Positions 9,350 through 10,862 of a stretch of DNA of 10,862 nt are shown in pieces. A model generated the notes under the pieces. That model saw only the letters and a list, made by a program, of their open reading frames with translations. It searched no databases and was not told where the DNA came from. Location: positions 1 through 10,862 of the forward strand of contig CBDDPY010000004.1 of assembly GCA_965232515.1 (NCBI GenBank), read 5' to 3'. This DNA is from Alphaproteobacteria bacterium (GTDB lineage: Bacteria > Pseudomonadota > Alphaproteobacteria > GCA-2731375). The number at the start of each line of letters is the position of its first letter. Positions within the stretch are counted from its first letter, which is position 1. The translations under genes were made by a program, and so were the position numbers.

Positions 9350-10368
9350 GAAATCTCCAAGAAAGCTTTTTGGACCCTATCTTGGCCACATCTTGGGCTT
9401 CATCTTGAAATCTCTAGGCCAAAGATTTCACCAAGAAAACTTTCTTGACCCTATCTGAGCCACGTCTTGGGCTTCATCTTGTAATTATCTTGAAATCTCC
9501 AGGCTAGAGATTTCACCAAGAAAGCTTCTTTAACCCTATCTTGGCCACATCTTGGGCTTCATCTTGAAATCTCTAGGCTAGAGATTTCATCAAGAAAGCT
9601 TTCTTGACCCTATCTTGGCCACATCTTGGGCTTCATCTTCAAAATCTCTAGGTTACAGGTTGCACCAAGAAAGCTTTTTTGACCCTATCTTGGCCACATC
9701 TTGGGCTTCATCTTAAAATCTCTAGGTTAGGAATTTCACCAAGAAAGCTTTTTTGACCTTATCTTGGCCACATCTTGGGCTTCATCTTAAAATCTCTAGG
9801 TTAGAGATTTCACCAAGAAAGCTTTTTGGACCCTATCTTGGCCACATCTTGGACTTCATCTTCAAATCTCTAGGCTAGAGATTTCACCAAGAAAGCTTTT
9901 TTGACCCTATCTTGGCCACATCTTGGGCTTCATCTTGAAATCTCTAGGCTAGAGATTTTACTAAGAAAACCTTCTTGAGCCTCTCTTGGCCACATCTTTA
10001 ACTTCATCTTGAAATTCTAGGTTAGAGATTTCACCAAGAAAGCTTTTTTAACCCTATCTTGGCCACAACTTGGGCTTCATCTTAAAATCTCTAGGTTAGG
10101 AATTTCACCAAGAAAGTTTTTTTGACCCTATCTTGGCCACATCTTGGGCTTCATCTTGAAATCTCTAGGTTAGAGGTTGCGCCAAGAAAGCTTTTTTGAC
10201 CCTATCTTGGCCACATCTTGGGCTTCATCTTGAAATCTCTAGGTTAGAGATTTCACCAAGAAAGCTTTCTTGACCCTATCTTGGCCACATCTTGGGCTTC
10301 ATCTTGAAATCTCTAGGCTAGAGATTTCACCAAGAAAGCTTTTTTAACCCTATCTTAGGCTTCATCTT
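9350..10368 (+). repeat. Complete 14-monomer higher-order repeat unit (1019 bp)
   Basis: Ordered diagnostic variants (gaaatctccaag, ggccaaag, ctgagccacg, gtaattatcttg, ttacaggttgcac, ggttaggaa, gaccttatc, tttggacc) recur 1019-1020 bp downstream (9350/10369; 9653/10673). I counted 14 monomer starts, and 14x74-17-11+11+1-1=1019. Confidence 0.9.
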
Positions 10369-10862
10369 GAAATCTCCAAGAAAGCTTTCTTGACCCTATC
10401 TTGGCCACATCTTGGGCTTCATCTTGAAATCTCTAGGCCAAAGATTTCACCAAGAAAACTTTCTTGACCCTATCTGAGCCACGTCTTGGGCTTCATCTTG
10501 TAATTATCTTGAAATCTCCAGGCTAGAAATTTCACCAAGAAAGCTCTTTTTAACCCTATCTTGGCCACATCTTGGGCTTCATCTTGAAATCTCTAGGCTA
10601 GAGATTTCACCAAGAAAGCTTTCTTGGCCCTATCTTGGCCACATCATGGGCTTCATCTTAAAAATCTCTAGGTTACAGGTTGCACCAAGAAAGCTTTTTT
10701 GACCCTATCTTGGCCACATCTTGGGCTTCATCTTGAAATCTCTAGGTTAGGAATTTCACCAAGAAAGCTTTTTTGACCTTATCTTGGCCACATCTTGGGC
10801 TTCATCTTAAAATCTCTAGGTTAGAGATTTCACCAAGAAAGCTTTTTGGACCCGATCTTGGC
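10369..10862 (+). repeat. Next HOR copy, truncated by the window end
   Basis: Same order of variants as 9350-9842 and 28-520. Confidence 0.9.

Larger units (their letters stand above)
1..10862 (+). repeat. Tandem satellite array, 74-bp monomer, ~147-150 copies, head-to-tail, running off both window edges
   Basis: GAAATCTCTAGG recurs every 74 bp (e.g. 2985, 3059; 10084, 10158, 10232, 10306). Most monomers differ from consensus by only a few substitutions, and some have short indels. No unique sequence longer than ~10 bp is present. Confidence 0.99.

Noticed and set aside
1-10862. CRISPR array (palindromic repeat with a ~74-bp period)
   Set aside because: The sequence between palindromes is as conserved as the palindromes, so there are no unique spacers. 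No leader or cas gene is present in the window.
1-10862. Hammerhead-ribozyme satellite (as in newt satellite 2 or schistosome Sm-alpha)
   Set aside because: The CUGANGA core is absent from both strands of the consensus (closest is AAGAUGAAG on the minus strand). An Infernal/Rfam search would be needed to exclude other ribozyme classes.
1-10862. Transposon (MITE/Helitron) or LTR element suggested by the matching window ends
   Set aside because: No element termini, target-site duplication or coding remnant is visible, and the end match is explained by HOR copies. A transposon origin for the monomer cannot be judged without flanks or a Dfam/Repbase search.
1-10862. Assignment to a named satellite family or taxon
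   Set aside because: I do not recognise the monomer with confidence; a BLAST or Dfam search is required.

Overview
The whole window is a head-to-tail tandem array of about 147-150 copies of a 74-bp monomer (~43% GC), all in one orientation. Consensus: GAAATCTCTAGGCTAGAGATTTCACCAAGAAAGCTTTCTTGACCCTATCTTGGCCACATCTTGGGCTTCATCTT; an exact copy is at 2985-3058. It looks like eukaryotic satellite DNA, but I cannot name the family or organism. I find no credible genes, RNA genes or CRISPR spacers. Each monomer carries two adjacent palindromes (25 bp and 16 bp) followed by four TCTTG sub-repeats spaced 11-12 bp apart, and the consensus has no CG or CHG sites. Shared variants reveal a 14-monomer, 1019-bp higher-order repeat (HOR) at both ends of the window. 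This HOR is interrupted exactly in register by a 7,720-bp block that contains a more homogeneous sub-family. There are also several internal block duplications, recurrent deletions within the 25-bp palindrome, and one deletion with non-satellite filler DNA. All alignments were done by eye, so boundaries are approximate.
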